A stretch of DNA of 61,568 nucleotides, the filler included, from Thelocarpon superellum (taxonomy: Eukaryota): assembly GCA_026025795.1 (NCBI GenBank). It is 2 parts of 2 records of this genome, joined end to end, with 100 filler letters (N's around TTAATTAATTAA, not from the genome) between each part and the next. Parts side by side here need not be neighbours in the genome. Positions count along the whole stretch, not along the records: positions 1 to 30,744 come from JAPEUG010000197.1; positions 30,845 to 61,568 come from JAPEUG010000198.1. One strand, given 5' to 3'. Each line of letters starts with the position of its first letter. Positions within the stretch are counted from its first letter, which is position 1. A model generated the notes under the pieces. The model worked only from the letters and a program-made list of their open reading frames with translations. It was not told the origin of the DNA and ran no database searches. The position numbers and the translations under genes are program-made. Shown here one piece after another: positions 24,097 to 37,068 of the stretch.

Positions 24097-27000
24097 CTAT
24101 GCTACGTCGACGAAGCCCCGCTTCCGCGTCATGCTCTCGTTGACCACGGCCTGCTCCCGCTCCAGATCGTCGTCGACGAAGTCTCGCTCGGCCGCCTCTC
24201 GCGCCCGCATCCCAATGACCCGCAACGCCGCCAGGTTGTAGCCAAGCATGTTCTTCTGCGTGCTGAGCGCGGTGCGGACGCTGCCGCGGACCTCCTCCAG
24301 CATAGGCCGCATCATCTTGCTGGCCACGATCTGCTTGTGGTGCGTCTTCAGCATGAAGGTCAAGATGCGGCAGGTCAGCGGCATGTTCATGGCGCGCTGG
24401 GCGAAGATGTTGAGAAAGGCGAAGAGCTTGGGCACGGCAGCGAAGGGAAGGACGAGGAGCGCGTCTTGCAGCGCGGCGGCGGGGATCTTCTGCAGCGTCG
24501 ACAGCAGGTACGCCTCGGCGCTGATGTTGTTCAGTGCCAGATACTGTGGATGCCGCGTCGGAGCGCCCAGCAACGGTTGCGTGTCCTTGGCGACCGTCCA
24601 CGCCCGCATGGCTTCGAGGTCCGCCATGCCCAGCTCGAGCGCTTCGGCGATCTTTTCTCCCGCCATCAGCGTCGACACGGTCTGTTTGCCCGCGTCGACG
24701 ACCTCGTCCACGTCCTCTCCCGCCTCGTCGTCTTGCTCCAAAGAGGTGGTCAGCGTGCGCTCGTAGAGCTGCTCCAGCTCTTTCTCGCGCTCTTCCTCCA
24801 GGAAGATTTGCTCGTCCGCTTGCTCCCACACCCGCACGCTCTTGTCGTGGCTCGCGCTGACCAGAAAGTCGCCTCGTCGGCTGATGGCCAACGCCCAGAC
24901 CTCTCCGTGATGGCCATCGAGCTTCTGGATCTGCGCGAACTTGTCCCCGTCCCAGTATTTGATCATCCGGTCTTTGCTGGCGCTGAAGAAGTTGTGCCCA
25001 TCCCCGTCTTGGTTCTGGGGGATGAAGGCGACTTGCATGATGCTGTCTTGGTGCGCAAATAATGCTTTGTGACAGTCGCCGAAATCGAGGCCCCACAGCC
25101 GCACGTTTTTGTCGGCGGAACAGGTCACGATGAGCTTGCTGTCCCAGGAGATATCCATGTGGAGTACTGGAAGCTTGTGCCCATACAGATTCAGGAACAG
25201 CTTCAGCGTGTCCACGAAGAAGACTTTGACCGTATTGTCGAGCAGTGCCAGAGCCAGGAGCCGGGCATCCGGGGAGAAGCGGAGGCTGAGGATGTCGTCG
25301 GACACTTTGAGCGTGCGCGTGTGAAGGAGCTTGAGCCGTGGCGTCGTCCGTTTGGTACCGGGAATTTCTTCTTGGACAACATCAAATTTCCAGAACTTGG
25401 CCGACTGGTCTGCGCCTCCGGTCACCATCGATCGACCGTCCGGATGGATCTGCATGGCCCACACCGCACCCTCGTGGGCAGGCATGGTGTCAATCATGGT
25501 GGAAGACGCCACGTCGAACAGCTCCAAACTTCCGCTCTTCGTCCCGACACTGACGATTTTATCGCCAGGTAGAAAGGCGCAGCACAGGGCATAACCACAT
25601 TCAAAGGTACGGATACAGACGCCGGTCTTGACGCTCCACACCTTGAGACTCCCGTTGGATGCCGAGGCTAGCATCAGGTCGTCGTGACTCAAGGACAACG
25701 ACCGGACATCCGCTCGATGACCCGGCATGTCGACGGACAAGATACGCGAATATTCGGGGGCTTCGTCGGGGCTACCCTCATGTTTCCGTGTAGAGGTAGG
25801 AATTTGGTAAACTTCCAGCTGGTTGTTCGTTGTCGCAGCGAGGAGCCGCAACGAATGTCGGGCATTGCCGCCCGCCCAGTCCACCGCTCGCATCTTCCCA
25901 CCGGTGCGAACAACAACGTACGACACAAAGACATCGGCGATGTCGCCCACTGCCGTGGTATCAAATTGATCAAGTCCGTTGACTGTTTCTTCGGGGACAT
26001 GAACCGCCTGTTCACCTGGCCCCACGGTTTTCTCACGTTTTCGCTTCCGCTTTCGTGCCAGTGTCTTGCGCACCTCGGCCTCGGCGCGGATCCTCCATAT
26101 TTCTATCATCTTTTCCGCGCCGTGCACGGCAAAGAAGTCTGCCGTAGGGTGGAAGGTGACGCCAAGGGTCCGGTCTCGGCCTTGACGCAGGAGACGACCC
26201 CGTTCGTGCAGAAACTTGGTCGAGGAAGGAACGTGAAGCTGCTGCGTTGCCTTCCCCAATCCTGCCACATCGATGGACCAGACTTTGAGCTCCCCCTCGT
26301 TGCCCGCCGTGACGCAGCCACTGCCGTCGGGAGATACGCCGAGTGCCCAGCACTCTCCATTACTCTGGGCCACGTGGGTCTCCATGCAGTGTGGCGACTG
26401 CAGATCCCAGAGCTTGATCAATGCATCTTTCCCCGTGCTCAGCAGGAATCCTCCATGCTCGTCGGACGCTGTGATCATGGCTGGCTCGGTGTTCGACTCG
26501 CCTTCGGAGAGGGGGGGCGTTGGTTTTATAAAGGCGAGCGAGGTGATTTGATCCTTGTGCCCTCGCAATTTGAACAGCCCCACCTCGGCGACGAGATCCC
26601 ACACGATGATATCAGTGTCTTTGGCCCCACTCGCGAGTCGCGTCCCACTTTGATCAAAGGCGAGGGTGGTGATGGCCGAGCGGTGACCATTGAAACTCAC
26701 GAGGACGGTGGCAACCTTGGCATCCCAAAGTCGGATGCTCCCGTCTTCGTGCCTAGCACCCACATCCATCAGTCTCTCGTCATTGCGGCCATGTCTGAAA
26801 CCTTACCCCACGGCGAAAATATCTTGGTCGACATGGCTGCGTGCCAGCGCCGAGACTTGCGACGTGCAGTCCTTGTCCCGCCACCGACTTAGTAGTTCCC
26901 CTTTCTTCAGGTCCCAGCACAGGACTTCCTCATTCGCCGGCACCACCGCGCACCCGGCGCCCGTTCTTCGCGTGTGGTGGTCCGGTCCATCGTGAGTGGG

Positions 27001-27140
27001 ATTCCATATGACATTGGCCGAGGCGGAATTGATGAGACCAAATGTTCTGGTATGCTCGAATTTGCTGGAGCTGAGTCAGTATCTGACGGCATCTCCGGAC
27101 GTTATCGGTGGAAACGCACTCACAGGTAAGATTTGACCAT
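24097..27140 (-). CDS. DIP2: U3 snoRNP WD40 protein Utp12/Dip2 (WDR3)
   Basis: MVKSYL start, many WD repeats (LYGHKLPVL, SADKNVRLWGLDFGDCHK) and a C-terminal Utp12 domain; 2 introns. Confidence 0.95.
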
Positions 27141-27412
27141 TGTGCGATGCAGTCAAGCAACCAAGAAACAGTCGAAGCTCATCAGTTTGATTTGTCGCTG
27201 AGTTTGCAATCAATGGTGAACAATACGGCGGACCAAGTAGCCCTAAGACGTAGTGATTCGCCCTCCACCATCGCCCATCGGACCCCCCCCCCCACCCCTC
27301 CCCCCCCACAATGGCCATCCACGGAACGTGGAGAGTATATGATCAAGCCAATCAGTGACCATTTCCATTCCTCCGCGGGACAGATTGTGCTCATACAGAG
27401 CCTCGGTCCATC

Positions 27413-28730
27413 ATGCTTCTCCTGGATTATCAAAATGTGCTGATCCAGTCCCTTCTCACGGAGCGCTTTTCTGGGTACGTGTACCCCGCTGCTGGTGCGC
27501 GGGAACTTCTCGCTCACCATCCATCGTCGCAGTGCACCGCCAGTCTCCATCGACCAGGTGGTGTCAGACTTTGATGGGGTGACCTTTCATCTGTCGACCC
27601 CTGAAGCCAAAACCCGAATCCTCATCTCGCTCTCGATGCGATGTTTCCCCGAGTTGGTGCAGTACGGTGCGCGGGAATATCTTCAACGAGAGTATGGATC
27701 CTACATCGTTGCGCCCGAACAGGGATATGACTTTTCGTTGGTGGTGGACCTGGAGAAGCTCCCAGCCGAACCCGGTATGTCGGGGTGGGGCGTGGTGCGA
27801 CGAGAGCGGCCAAAGTGTCGGGCTAACCTGAGCGACGGGTGCTTCAGAGGCGCGAGAGGACCTGATCCGCCGTGTATCGCTGTTGAAGCGGAACGCCATG
27901 GCCGCTCCGTTTGAACGCGCTATTGATGAGTTCTACAAGCTCGAGGCGGAAGCATCCAAGTTCACCTCCGAATCAGCCCCGGAGGGCGTGGAAGAAGGAG
28001 GCGAGGTCATGGCCGTGCACTATCGGGAGGAAGAGGCCATCTACATCAAGGCGAGCCACGACCGCGTGACCGTCATCTTCAGCACCATCTTTCGGGAAGA
28101 GACCGACCGTATCTTTGGAAAAGTCTTTCTGCAGGTATGTCTCGTGTTGCCCGTGAGAAGATTGTCCATGGCGTTCCGGCTGAGTTGCATGTCCTAGGAA
28201 TTCGTCGACGCTCGTCGACGCGCCATCCAGAACGCTCCTCAGGTGCTCTTCCGCAACGAGCCCCCACTTGAGCTTCAGAAGATCAAGGGCCTCCAGAACT
28301 CAGGGTCGGGAGAAGTTGGTTTCGTGACCTTTGGTCCGTCCTCGTCGTGCCAGCGGGGTGGGGAACGTTGATCTGACAGGTAATAGTCTTGTTCCCTGAA
28401 CATATCACCCCTCAACGAAGGGAAGACGCCATCTCCCATATCCAGACCTTCCGAGACTACTTTCACTATCACATCAAAGCTTCCAAGGTGGGTGGAACGT
28501 CTTTCTGTCCAGCCCCGATGGTGCTCATGATAAGTGTCAGGCGTACATTCATTCGCGGATGCGACGACGAACGGCCGACTTCCTCCAAGGTATATCCTGC
28601 ATTTGATCCTACCCGTGTCCTTGCGCTCACGGCTGACGCGTTGTGAACAGTGCTCCGACGGGCTCGCCCCGAGAATGAGGAAAAGGAACGGAAGACGGCC
28701 AGTGGCAGGACCTTTCGGGTACAGGGTTGA
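27413..28730 (+). CDS. ARC35: Arp2/3 complex 34-kDa subunit (ARPC2/Arc35)
   Basis: MLLLDYQN, SDFDGVTFH, YREEEAIY, DRVTVIFSTIF, FRDYFHYHIKASK-AYIHSRMR and KTASGRTF; 6 introns. Confidence 0.95.
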
Positions 28731-29042
28731 CATGGCCATCTGCCAATCTCATTCAGCTATTTCTGCGTTCTCTGGTAGATGTTCCACGCCGGCAACGTAC
28801 CGTCGTAGCCACTCCGCACGCGAGCAGGCAACGTGACGAGTCTTTGTGATCTCAGTAGTGGCTGTCGTAAGGTCGTGAAGATGATGAAGAACTGGGCCGT
28901 ACGGCTGGCCCCTGCTTCGGTGGGGTCATCCAGCCGCTGTGTTTGATTTCGACGCCATCGCCAGCTCTCGCCAAAAGTTCCTCATGCCACCCACTTTCGT
29001 CGACGCGCTCCCCCGTCACCACCATCAATTCCTGGTCCAAGG

Positions 29043-29893
29043 ATGCGATGGCCATCATGGCCGTCCAAATCTTCTCAAGAGACCGACGATGACCGCCGTC
29101 CGGTGGCATGGACGGAATCGTTGAACACGACGGATTGGACCCATTACACCGAGCCCCGACAAGTCATTCCCACCCTTCTCTTGACCGGCACCACGCTGCT
29201 GTTGATCCACCTCTATCGATCCTATCTTCGCCGCATCCCCGAGGCGGCCAATATTCAACCTGCCTTCTTCCGCCGGCGGAGTCTCTTCGGACGCGTCACG
29301 AGCGTCGGCGACGGCGACAATTTCCGCCTCTTTCACACGCCTGGCGGACGGCTGTCAGGATGGGGCTGGCTGCCAGGCCGGATGGTCCCGGAGAAGAGGG
29401 AAGACCTGAAGGATCGGACGGTACGTCTCTCACCCTCGCCGCTGCTACGCGTGCCGATCTGACCTCTCTCTAGATTCACGTCCGACTGGCGGGGATCGAT
29501 GCCCCCGAGGGCGCCCACTTCGGTCGACCGCCGCAGCCATACTCGACCGAGGCCTTGAACTGGCTACGAGCCTATCTCATGCACCGACGCGTGCGTGCGT
29601 ACATCTACAAGCGTGACCAGTACGATCGCGTGGTCGCCACGGTCTACGTACGTCGGGGACTGTTCCGCCGAGACGTGGGATTGGAGATGCTCAAGACGGG
29701 CCTGGCCACCGTGTACGAAGCCAAGAGCGGCGCCGAGTTTGGCACACTGGAAGATCGATATCGGCGGGCGGAGTGGTGGGCCAAGGCGAGGAGGAAAGGC
29801 ATGTGGGCCGGCAAGAAGGCTGAATTTGAGAGTCCACGCGCGTATAAAACCCGGATGGGCGTGATGGAGGAGGGCAAGTCCGATCAGCGATAA
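29043..29893 (+). CDS. LCL3: Staphylococcal-nuclease-like endonuclease Lcl3
   Basis: N-terminal [41 protein letters not shown] and GLATVYEAK; 1 intron. Confidence 0.93.
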
Positions 29894-30402
29894 ACGGCGG
29901 GAGGACCCCTAGCAGCGTAGGTGTTCATTCGTCGTTCGAAGACGTTATCTCGGGCCTCCGGATCTCGTTGTACAACATCAGAGTCCGATGCACAGAAATC
30001 ATGGGGGCCTCAGAACGGCGTTGATATGCCGCATGTTTCTGGCTCCGCATAGGACCCGCATGGTCGATCCAGATCCATACCCTCATGCTTGATCTTCCAG
30101 AGGTGCAAGATGTCCAGAACAATCCCAAGATCAGCCTACAGATAGGACGCAGACATTCGTGATCTTCCTTCCATACGCTCTGTCAATAGAGCAAATCGCT
30201 TATGTAAGCCTAGCCGAATGTAAGCCTAGCCGACAATGCTTCAGCCTACGACCGGCCTCATGTAACGAAAGAGTAATGCATGATGACTGTCCTCTGCCCC
30301 ACCTCGACTCCATTTCCACCCGTCGTGGTCAAGCCATCGGCCCTTCCCGGCCCCATCCCCGCTCGGGTAGTCCTGTACTTGCTTTCAGTCTAGACATTCG
30401 AC

Positions 30403-30744
30403 ATGAAGAAGTTCGGACTGAGCAAGAAACCCTCCGAGGGCGAAGGGGACGACCCCAATCGCTCCGCCCTCTTCGGCGCACGTTCCTCGAAGAAACCCTC
30501 GGCTGCCCCGTCCTCTTCCAATCCCTACGCTCAGGGTGCAGCGGAGGCGGATCCCTACGTGCAAGATCAAAACAAATATGCACATATCGGCCGGCCCGTC
30601 CACGACCCGAGTCCCTCGTCACGAGGCGGCGCCCCCCCTTCCTACGGCGGATATGGCGGTCCAGGAGGAGATCGAGGTGGCTCTGGCGGTCCTGGTGGAG
30701 ATCGAGGAGGCTATCGCTCGGACGACCGATATGGCTCTTCCTCT
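30403..30744 (+). CDS. SEC9: Probable t-SNARE Sec9 N-terminus (truncated by the spacer)
   Basis: MKKFGLSKK...DPNRSALFG...NPYAQ plus a Gly/Tyr-rich tract typical of fungal Sec9 N-termini; SNARE domains not visible. Confidence 0.65.
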
Positions 30745-30844
30745 NNNNNNNNNNNNNNNNNNNNNNNNNNNNNNNNNNNNNNNNNNNNTTAATTAATTAA
30801 NNNNNNNNNNNNNNNNNNNNNNNNNNNNNNNNNNNNNNNNNNNN
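30745..30844. other. Artificial contig-join spacer (44 N + TTAATTAATTAA + 44 N)
   Basis: Self-complementary 12-mer with stops in all six frames, flanked by equal N runs; unrelated truncated genes on each side. Confidence 0.97.
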
Positions 30845-31417
30845 CTCGACCGATCGACTCTATCTCGCGCAAGCCTCCCTCACGAACTTCCCGAAGGTCC
30901 TGCGCGACGATCTGCCTGAGCCAGACATCGTTCGTCACGCTGGACGAGGCGATGTGTACGACGCCAATCTGTGGATCGGGCGTCCACCGACCTATACGCC
31001 CCTCCACCGTGATCCCAACCCGAACCTCTTTCTACAGCTGGCCGGGCATAAAGTCGTCCGACTCTTCCCGCCTCCTTTGGGTACGGACATCTTTGCGAGG
31101 GTACAGAAGAAGCTTGGCCGTCATGGCTCGCCCGTCTTTCGCGGCGAGGAGATGATGCACGGCGAGGAACGGGACCTCTTGGAGCACGAGGTGTGGACGT
31201 CTGAACCGTCGCGCCTGAGCGGAGAGATCGATGGATGCTATGAAGCCCGTCTTCAGCAAGGAGACGGGCTCTTCATTCCCAAAGGATGGTGGCACAGCGT
31301 CAAGGGTGTAGGGCAGGGCATCAACGCGTCGGTATGCATCCTTCTTGACCGAGACTTATCCCCTTTTTCCGTAGCTGACCAAGTCACGATTGGCAGGTGA
31401 ATTGGTGGTTTCGGTAG
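30845..31417 (+). CDS. JmjC (cupin-8, JMJD5/KDM8-like) dioxygenase, 3' part
   Basis: YLAQ...NLWIG..TPLHRDP.PNLFLQLAG.K...GDGLFIPKGWWHSV (HxD...H triad); last exon VNWWFR*. Confidence 0.88.
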
Positions 31418-32253
31418 AGTGCTGAAACTCTTCAGGTTCAAAGAATGCACACCAAAACGCGCCCCTCCACCACGAAATCCGAGCCGATGTTGTATGGCGT
31501 GGTATCAGAGCTGTAGCATTCACTCCAGTTGACACCCGGGTGTGGGTGTGGTGTCACGGCGAGGGTACCGCTCACATGACCCAGCGCGTGGTGGCACGCC
31601 ATGTCACCCATGACGCTATTTCCCCGCATTTCGCTAAGTGCACGCTAGCGTAGCATGACGAAGCGGAGGAGCTCCCTTCACGCGAGCGCCCGCCGCCAGG
31701 CCTTCATCTGGGTCCGACGACTGCCAATCATAGTATATGAAGCCAAAGGAAGGTATCACAGGAGAGTGACGAGGGGGATGGATGGGAAGAGGAGGTGTGA
31801 AACGGGGTGATGAAACTTCCTAGGAAAGGTGACATAGCAGTAATCGTAGCGGTGGGGGAGGGGCACGCGCCGGACGAGTAGTGAATGAGAATGCTCAGGA
31901 CAGGGGAGGGAACGATACGAGGCTCTCCGGACACGGCTGTGTCATCGATTGGTCTAATCCTGACTCGGTACCATGTCATGTGCCCGCCGCTGGAATGAGA
32001 GACGATCTTCGATCATTCGATTATCAAACCGTTTGCCCCGCTTCTGAGTGCTACGCAAGCGCATAGGCGGCGCCCGGTACCCGTACATAGTAGCAGTACC
32101 CACCCCTTCTCTTCCTCTCCTTCTCCTCTCCTGTACCTGACACTCAAGAGCTCGCTCCACCCCACCCACCACACTGCCATCGATCCATCGGATCTCGCCA
32201 TCTCGGACCCCACGGTCGAACTCCTGATATCATCGTGCCCTTCAACTCCCATC

Positions 32254-33023
32254 ATGTCTGCCGATCTCGCCGAGCTTACCAAGGTCGACTCCGCCGTCTC
32301 TGGCCTGTCATCGTCGCCGCCGGATAAGAAGGGTCATCGACGGGCGAGCTCGAGTGCGACGGGCGTGTGGAATATCAATGATCTAGGTGAGGGTGTCCAT
32401 GTCTACCTTACCGGAAACCTCGGCACCACACGCCGTCAGAGTCACCACATGGGCCGTGGACTGACCTCTTCACACAGAAAAGGAGGGGAAGGAGCTGGAG
32501 ATTGCGAAAGAAACCCAGAAGCTCAATTGGTAAGCTCATTCAGCGGGATACCGGTGATAGACTGGCATTTGCTCCCATCATTCTTGATCCGACATGACGC
32601 ACCACGAGGAGGCTGACGATGAAGTAGGAAGCTCAACACATCCCCAAGCTCCATCGATGAAAAGGAGGCGCTCAAGAAGCTCCTCACCAACCCACCGGTC
32701 AAGAAGATCGACCTCCACTTCCCCCTCGGGCTGGAAGTGACGGCGCGGAACCTGAAAGGCGTCACCATCAAGGACGCATTAGATGCCATCCACAAGCAGT
32801 TCAAGAAGAAGGTCCGCCGCCTTGACCCCACATTGCCTCCCTCTCTTCCACACGGGACACTGACGTTGATTTGGGCGCACAGGCGGACGATGAGCTTGAG
32901 AATCCGGTCCTGGCGGGCTTTGAGTGGGACAAGGAGGAGTCTTGGACCCGATTGATCGTGCACCAGAAGAAGGAAGGCGCACCCGCTGGCAAGAGTAAGA
33001 AGGGCAAAAAGGGCGAAGATTAG
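32254..33023 (+). CDS. Conserved-looking fungal hypothetical protein (~160 aa), 3 introns
   Basis: Splices cleanly: MSADLAELTKVDSA...HRRASSS...ETQKLNWKLNTSP...KKIDLHFPLGLEVTARNLKGVTIKDALDAIHKQ...WTRLIVHQKKEG, then a Lys-rich tail. Confidence 0.75.
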
Positions 33024-34773
33024 GGACGGAATTTCTCCTCTGCCCGGCCGCCATCGACCATGACTAGATCATTTGTCTGGCCTGCCACCTCGTGTACCAA
33101 TATCCTGGAGCAATCCCGAATCCTAGAACCAGCAGGTATCTCGGAATAAACGTGCAAACAGATGCAACTGAAAGCGTGCGCGGAGCATAGCGTGGCCGAT
33201 GAGTACGAAACAGTAAATCAACACAGGTGCGGACCGACTGGGTCGACCAAGCCCACGGTGTGTACATGTCGCGTACTCGACAGTCATGTTTGCTCACTCT
33301 CGGCGGGTGCTTGAGCCTCCACGCATCCGGCAGGGGTGGAAAGTTGAGTTCCGAATGCTGTGCACTGCAAACCAAGAACAGACAGGAACCGCCAGAAAAC
33401 CATGGCCAGTCCCGATGGGCCGAAATGGACCTGACGGCTCCAACTTCGATCGTTGGGAGACGCGACCAGGTATCTACTGGGAGCTGTACCTTCTACAAGT
33501 CGTCCGCGTCTACTGGGCGTGCCTGAAGGAACGTAGTCCTTGAGCCGAGCAGCGGTCATCACTAGATAGCCAGAAGCTATCTCGCTGGTCGCTGGCTGAC
33601 ATTGGAGGGAGACTGCTGTCGATGGATGGGTTCTTCGACAGACTGCGGAGGTGATGATGTCCGGGATCTTCTTCCCGGGACACATGGAATGTGCGGCAAG
33701 AGCAGGAACGCCTACTAACGAGGTGTACAGCTGCTACCGACACATGATTGAATCGGTAGGCCCTGAAGCGGCGCGTAAGCCTTGATTGCTCCCACTGTAA
33801 TTGGTCGTCTTCTTGGACCGCAAACTCACATTTCATCTGCTCAACAATCCTGTCGATCGCTCGCCGACGGACTTTCATTCGAGTCGCGTGATAACGCGTA
33901 GGCGAAGTATGAGAAATGTGAGCACCGGCGGAATGACGGCAGCGTATGATAAGCAAGACCATGGCATTCATGTCGAGAGTGCAGCAAGGCGCGGTGCCGA
34001 CCTGATTATCGGTTCCACTTCGGCTCGGGCGCCGAGAAAGGCACTGGTCGGTGACCCCCGCGCAGAGCAAGGGCACAGCCGTCATACTACTAACATACTA
34101 ATACCAGCAAAGCTTGCGGGGGTGGGGCCAACCCCCGTGCGCTCGTCGCAGGCTTCGATTGGCACGGGGGCTGCAGGCCGCTTGCATTCGCTTACCGCTG
34201 GGACAGTTGGGCCCTGCCAGGGACCTTGGTTAAGCCAACCAGCGTCGTGCGCTGCTCCACGAGCACGCGACACTCCGGGCAGAAGACGTGACTTTTTTGC
34301 CTGAAGCATTTCGCCCAGCAACACGCATTGCTCTCGGCGTAACGAGGGCAGCAACTCGTACACCTTGCCACCACTTACGTATCCGCGTCCTGTACGGAGA
34401 GGCCCACGGAGCCTCTCGTGCCGCCCTCACCACTCGCTTGCCCCATACGAGTACTCGTCCTCGTATGGGGTACCTTGGTCCGCCTGCCCTTCGCTTGCCC
34501 CAGCCGTGATGGAGATAATGGCGGAGGAGGGGTGGCACCCTTGGCGTCCCACCCTGAGCGTGCTCATGACCATGAGCCCCCCGACCTCTTCCTTCTCATG
34601 CTCGCCATCGCTTCTGAGCTTTGTTCCCTCTCCGCAATCTGTCGTCCCGTCGGGGTCCACGACCGCGAGCCTGTGCGACGGTGCTGTGGTCCGACCAGCG
34701 GAGTCCCACTTTGGCCCATCCTGCTCGATCCGACTTGAGTCGGCGTAGGCAGGTAGACACGCGAGCGGCCCCG

Positions 34774-35908
34774 ATGCCTCAACCCGCGTTGCCTCCGACG
34801 CCCAGCTCGTCGACGGACCTGGCAGGCAACGACAACCAACACCTGTCGCAGCTGGAGGGATCCTTTACCTTGCCCCCACCGGCCATCTCGGGCAAGGGGG
34901 CGTTGGCCTCGCCCAATGCCCTCTCCAAGTCCTCGGTCCCGGTGACCCACCCACTGTCTCCTACGTCGCCGTCGGCGACAGGAGCGGAATTGACGATGAC
35001 ACGACGCCGCTCGTCACTGGTGCAAGCTACGATTGCCGGCAAAGACGACTTCACCTTACCGCCTCCACCGACGCGGTCGCGCAAGATCATCCAGATGAAG
35101 CCCCGACCGCAGGGGACCAGTGCGGCCGAATCTGTGCCAAGCACATCGCGTGCGACGAACAAGGCCCCGGTCCCACCCGCACCATCGACGAGTGGCAAGA
35201 AGAAGACGCCGAGCACCACCAGTGTCGCCGGACGCAAGATCGCGCGCAAAACGGCGCATAGCTTGATCGAACGGCGGCGGCGGTCGAAGATGAACGAGGA
35301 ATTTGGCGTGCTCAAGCAGATGATCCCGGCGTGCAAGGATCAGGAGATGCACAAACTCGCCATCCTCCAGGTAGGTGCCCAGGCGAGGCTGTCCCTGCTC
35401 ACCAGTCTGACGCCGCTCCAACTAGGCCAGCATCGAGTACACGCGCTACCTCGAGCAATGCATCACCGACCTCAAGGCGAACTCGCAGGCTACGCTACCT
35501 CCGGCGCTGGAGCGATACCCGGCCTCGGTCGGGTCGCACTCCATACCATCCAGCCATGAATATGACGAGGACGATGAAGAGATGGGCGACATTGACGATG
35601 TCGGGCCTGCTCCGACGGAGCGGCCCACGGCTGGGTCCGTCTACTCCACATCGGCGTCGCCCATGTTGGACGCACAGCGACATTACTCCTACTCCTCCCA
35701 CTCGGCCGCGACGTCGCCGCTGTTCACGCCACAGCGCAGCCACACCTTCCCCTCGCTTTCGACCTCCGCTTCGCCCGCGCTGTTGCCGCACGCTCGTGAT
35801 AGCCGTGATTTCGACCACGAAGCAACCGAGGCGCTTTTGCTCCTCAACACCGACCGGAGAAGTCAAGGTGCACGTGGGATGAGCGTCCGCGATCTTCTCA
35901 GCACATGA
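34774..35908 (+). CDS. bHLH transcription factor
   Basis: RKTAHSLIERRRRSKMNEEFGVLKQMIPAC...MHKLAILQ|ASIEYTRYLE; C-terminal ATEALLLL...GMSVRDLLST; intron ~35371-35424. Confidence 0.9.
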
Positions 35909-37068
35909 GCCGGCATGACGGGATGGTGGTGGTGCGGCGGACAAGGCGTGGGGCAAGCTCCGGGCCGGCTGTTCGCGGCGGTTGATGCTTGCGTACACTC
36001 GTCACGTGGCGTCTTGTCGCATCGATTTCCCCGAGTAATACGGTCCCAGCATGCGACGGTCTCCCGGCGCTATTTGGTCGTGACTCCTTCCCGCGGGAGG
36101 TCTTTGTGCGATCCAACCGGATTTGTAGAGTACGGACGAAGACATGTGCGATGCGCGTGTGGGAGCATCACGGCTCATGCCCGAGGCGGACTGAGGCTGT
36201 CCGGAGGCCGTCGAGGGATCAGACGGACCTCGGGAGCGGCGGGGCAGACGACGGCAGCAGGTGGGGGCGTGACGTTAAACCAAGCAACCGCGCGGACTGC
36301 ATGGATGAGTTCTACCTCCAAACTGGCGTGAAAAGGACCAATCAGCGCCCGGCTGCTCCAGCGTGCGTCAAAGACTCGTCAAAGATTCGTTACGGCGCGC
36401 ATGGATCCGGCAGTGATCAGGTAACGTGAGCGTTGCAGCACGGGGAAGGGTTGCGCCGGCGACGCCCACGTCTGTCGACGAAGCGAGGCGTGAGAAGCGA
36501 AATGTCGCGCCTGGAGCACCAACAGTCGCCTGGAGCACTTTGGGCACCCCAAAGTCACCCGCCCGATTGACCTGAGCCGCATCTGGTGCTCGCCCCAAGC
36601 CTCTTCAGCCACGGCCAGATCTATCCGACATCGGGCGTGTCGGCGTCGGTCGTGATCCGTCCGGCCTCCGGCGTTGATGTGGCGTCGGCCATCTGCACGT
36701 ATGTTCTTCGTACTCCGTAGTCGTAGGCTGGCGTACGTCTTGTCGGAAGGACACATGATGACGCGCAGATCAGCTGAAGCTCAGCTTCGCTCTCATCTAC
36801 CAGGACCCTCGAGCCATCATCTCCACCTCTTCCCCCGACGCCGTCGAGCTTGCACATCGCCTGTCGAGATTTGCATCGCGTGCCTCGTGTCTACCAACCT
36901 TCGTTGCTCCGGGCGCACCCCATCGCAGCAGCTTCATGTCAACACGCCGTTGCGTCCGAAAGCTTCTCCTCGGAACCATAGCCTCTCCGCTCGACCTCGC
37001 CTAAGACTCGGAGCGCGCCTCGACGGCGGCGGTCGGAGCGCTGCCCAGCACCTGCGCCATTTGTCGCG

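Noticed and set aside
24068..26892. Long antisense or alternate-frame ORFs (e.g. 25684-26892 +, 24076-25062 +; likewise 36934-38043 -, 40680-41564 -)
   Set aside because: Shadows of real GC-rich coding sequence with no motifs.
27310..27412. Upstream ATG and possible 5'-UTR intron before ARPC2
   Set aside because: Weak branch point and out of frame with the gene; cannot be supported without transcripts.
30789..30800. TTAATTAATTAA as a biological palindrome or piggyBac TTAA target
   Set aside because: Symmetric within exact N runs; a standard synthetic six-frame stop linker.
33650..33766. Possible box C/D snoRNA (GTGATGA...CTGA)
   Set aside because: No terminal stem and no recognisable rRNA guide.
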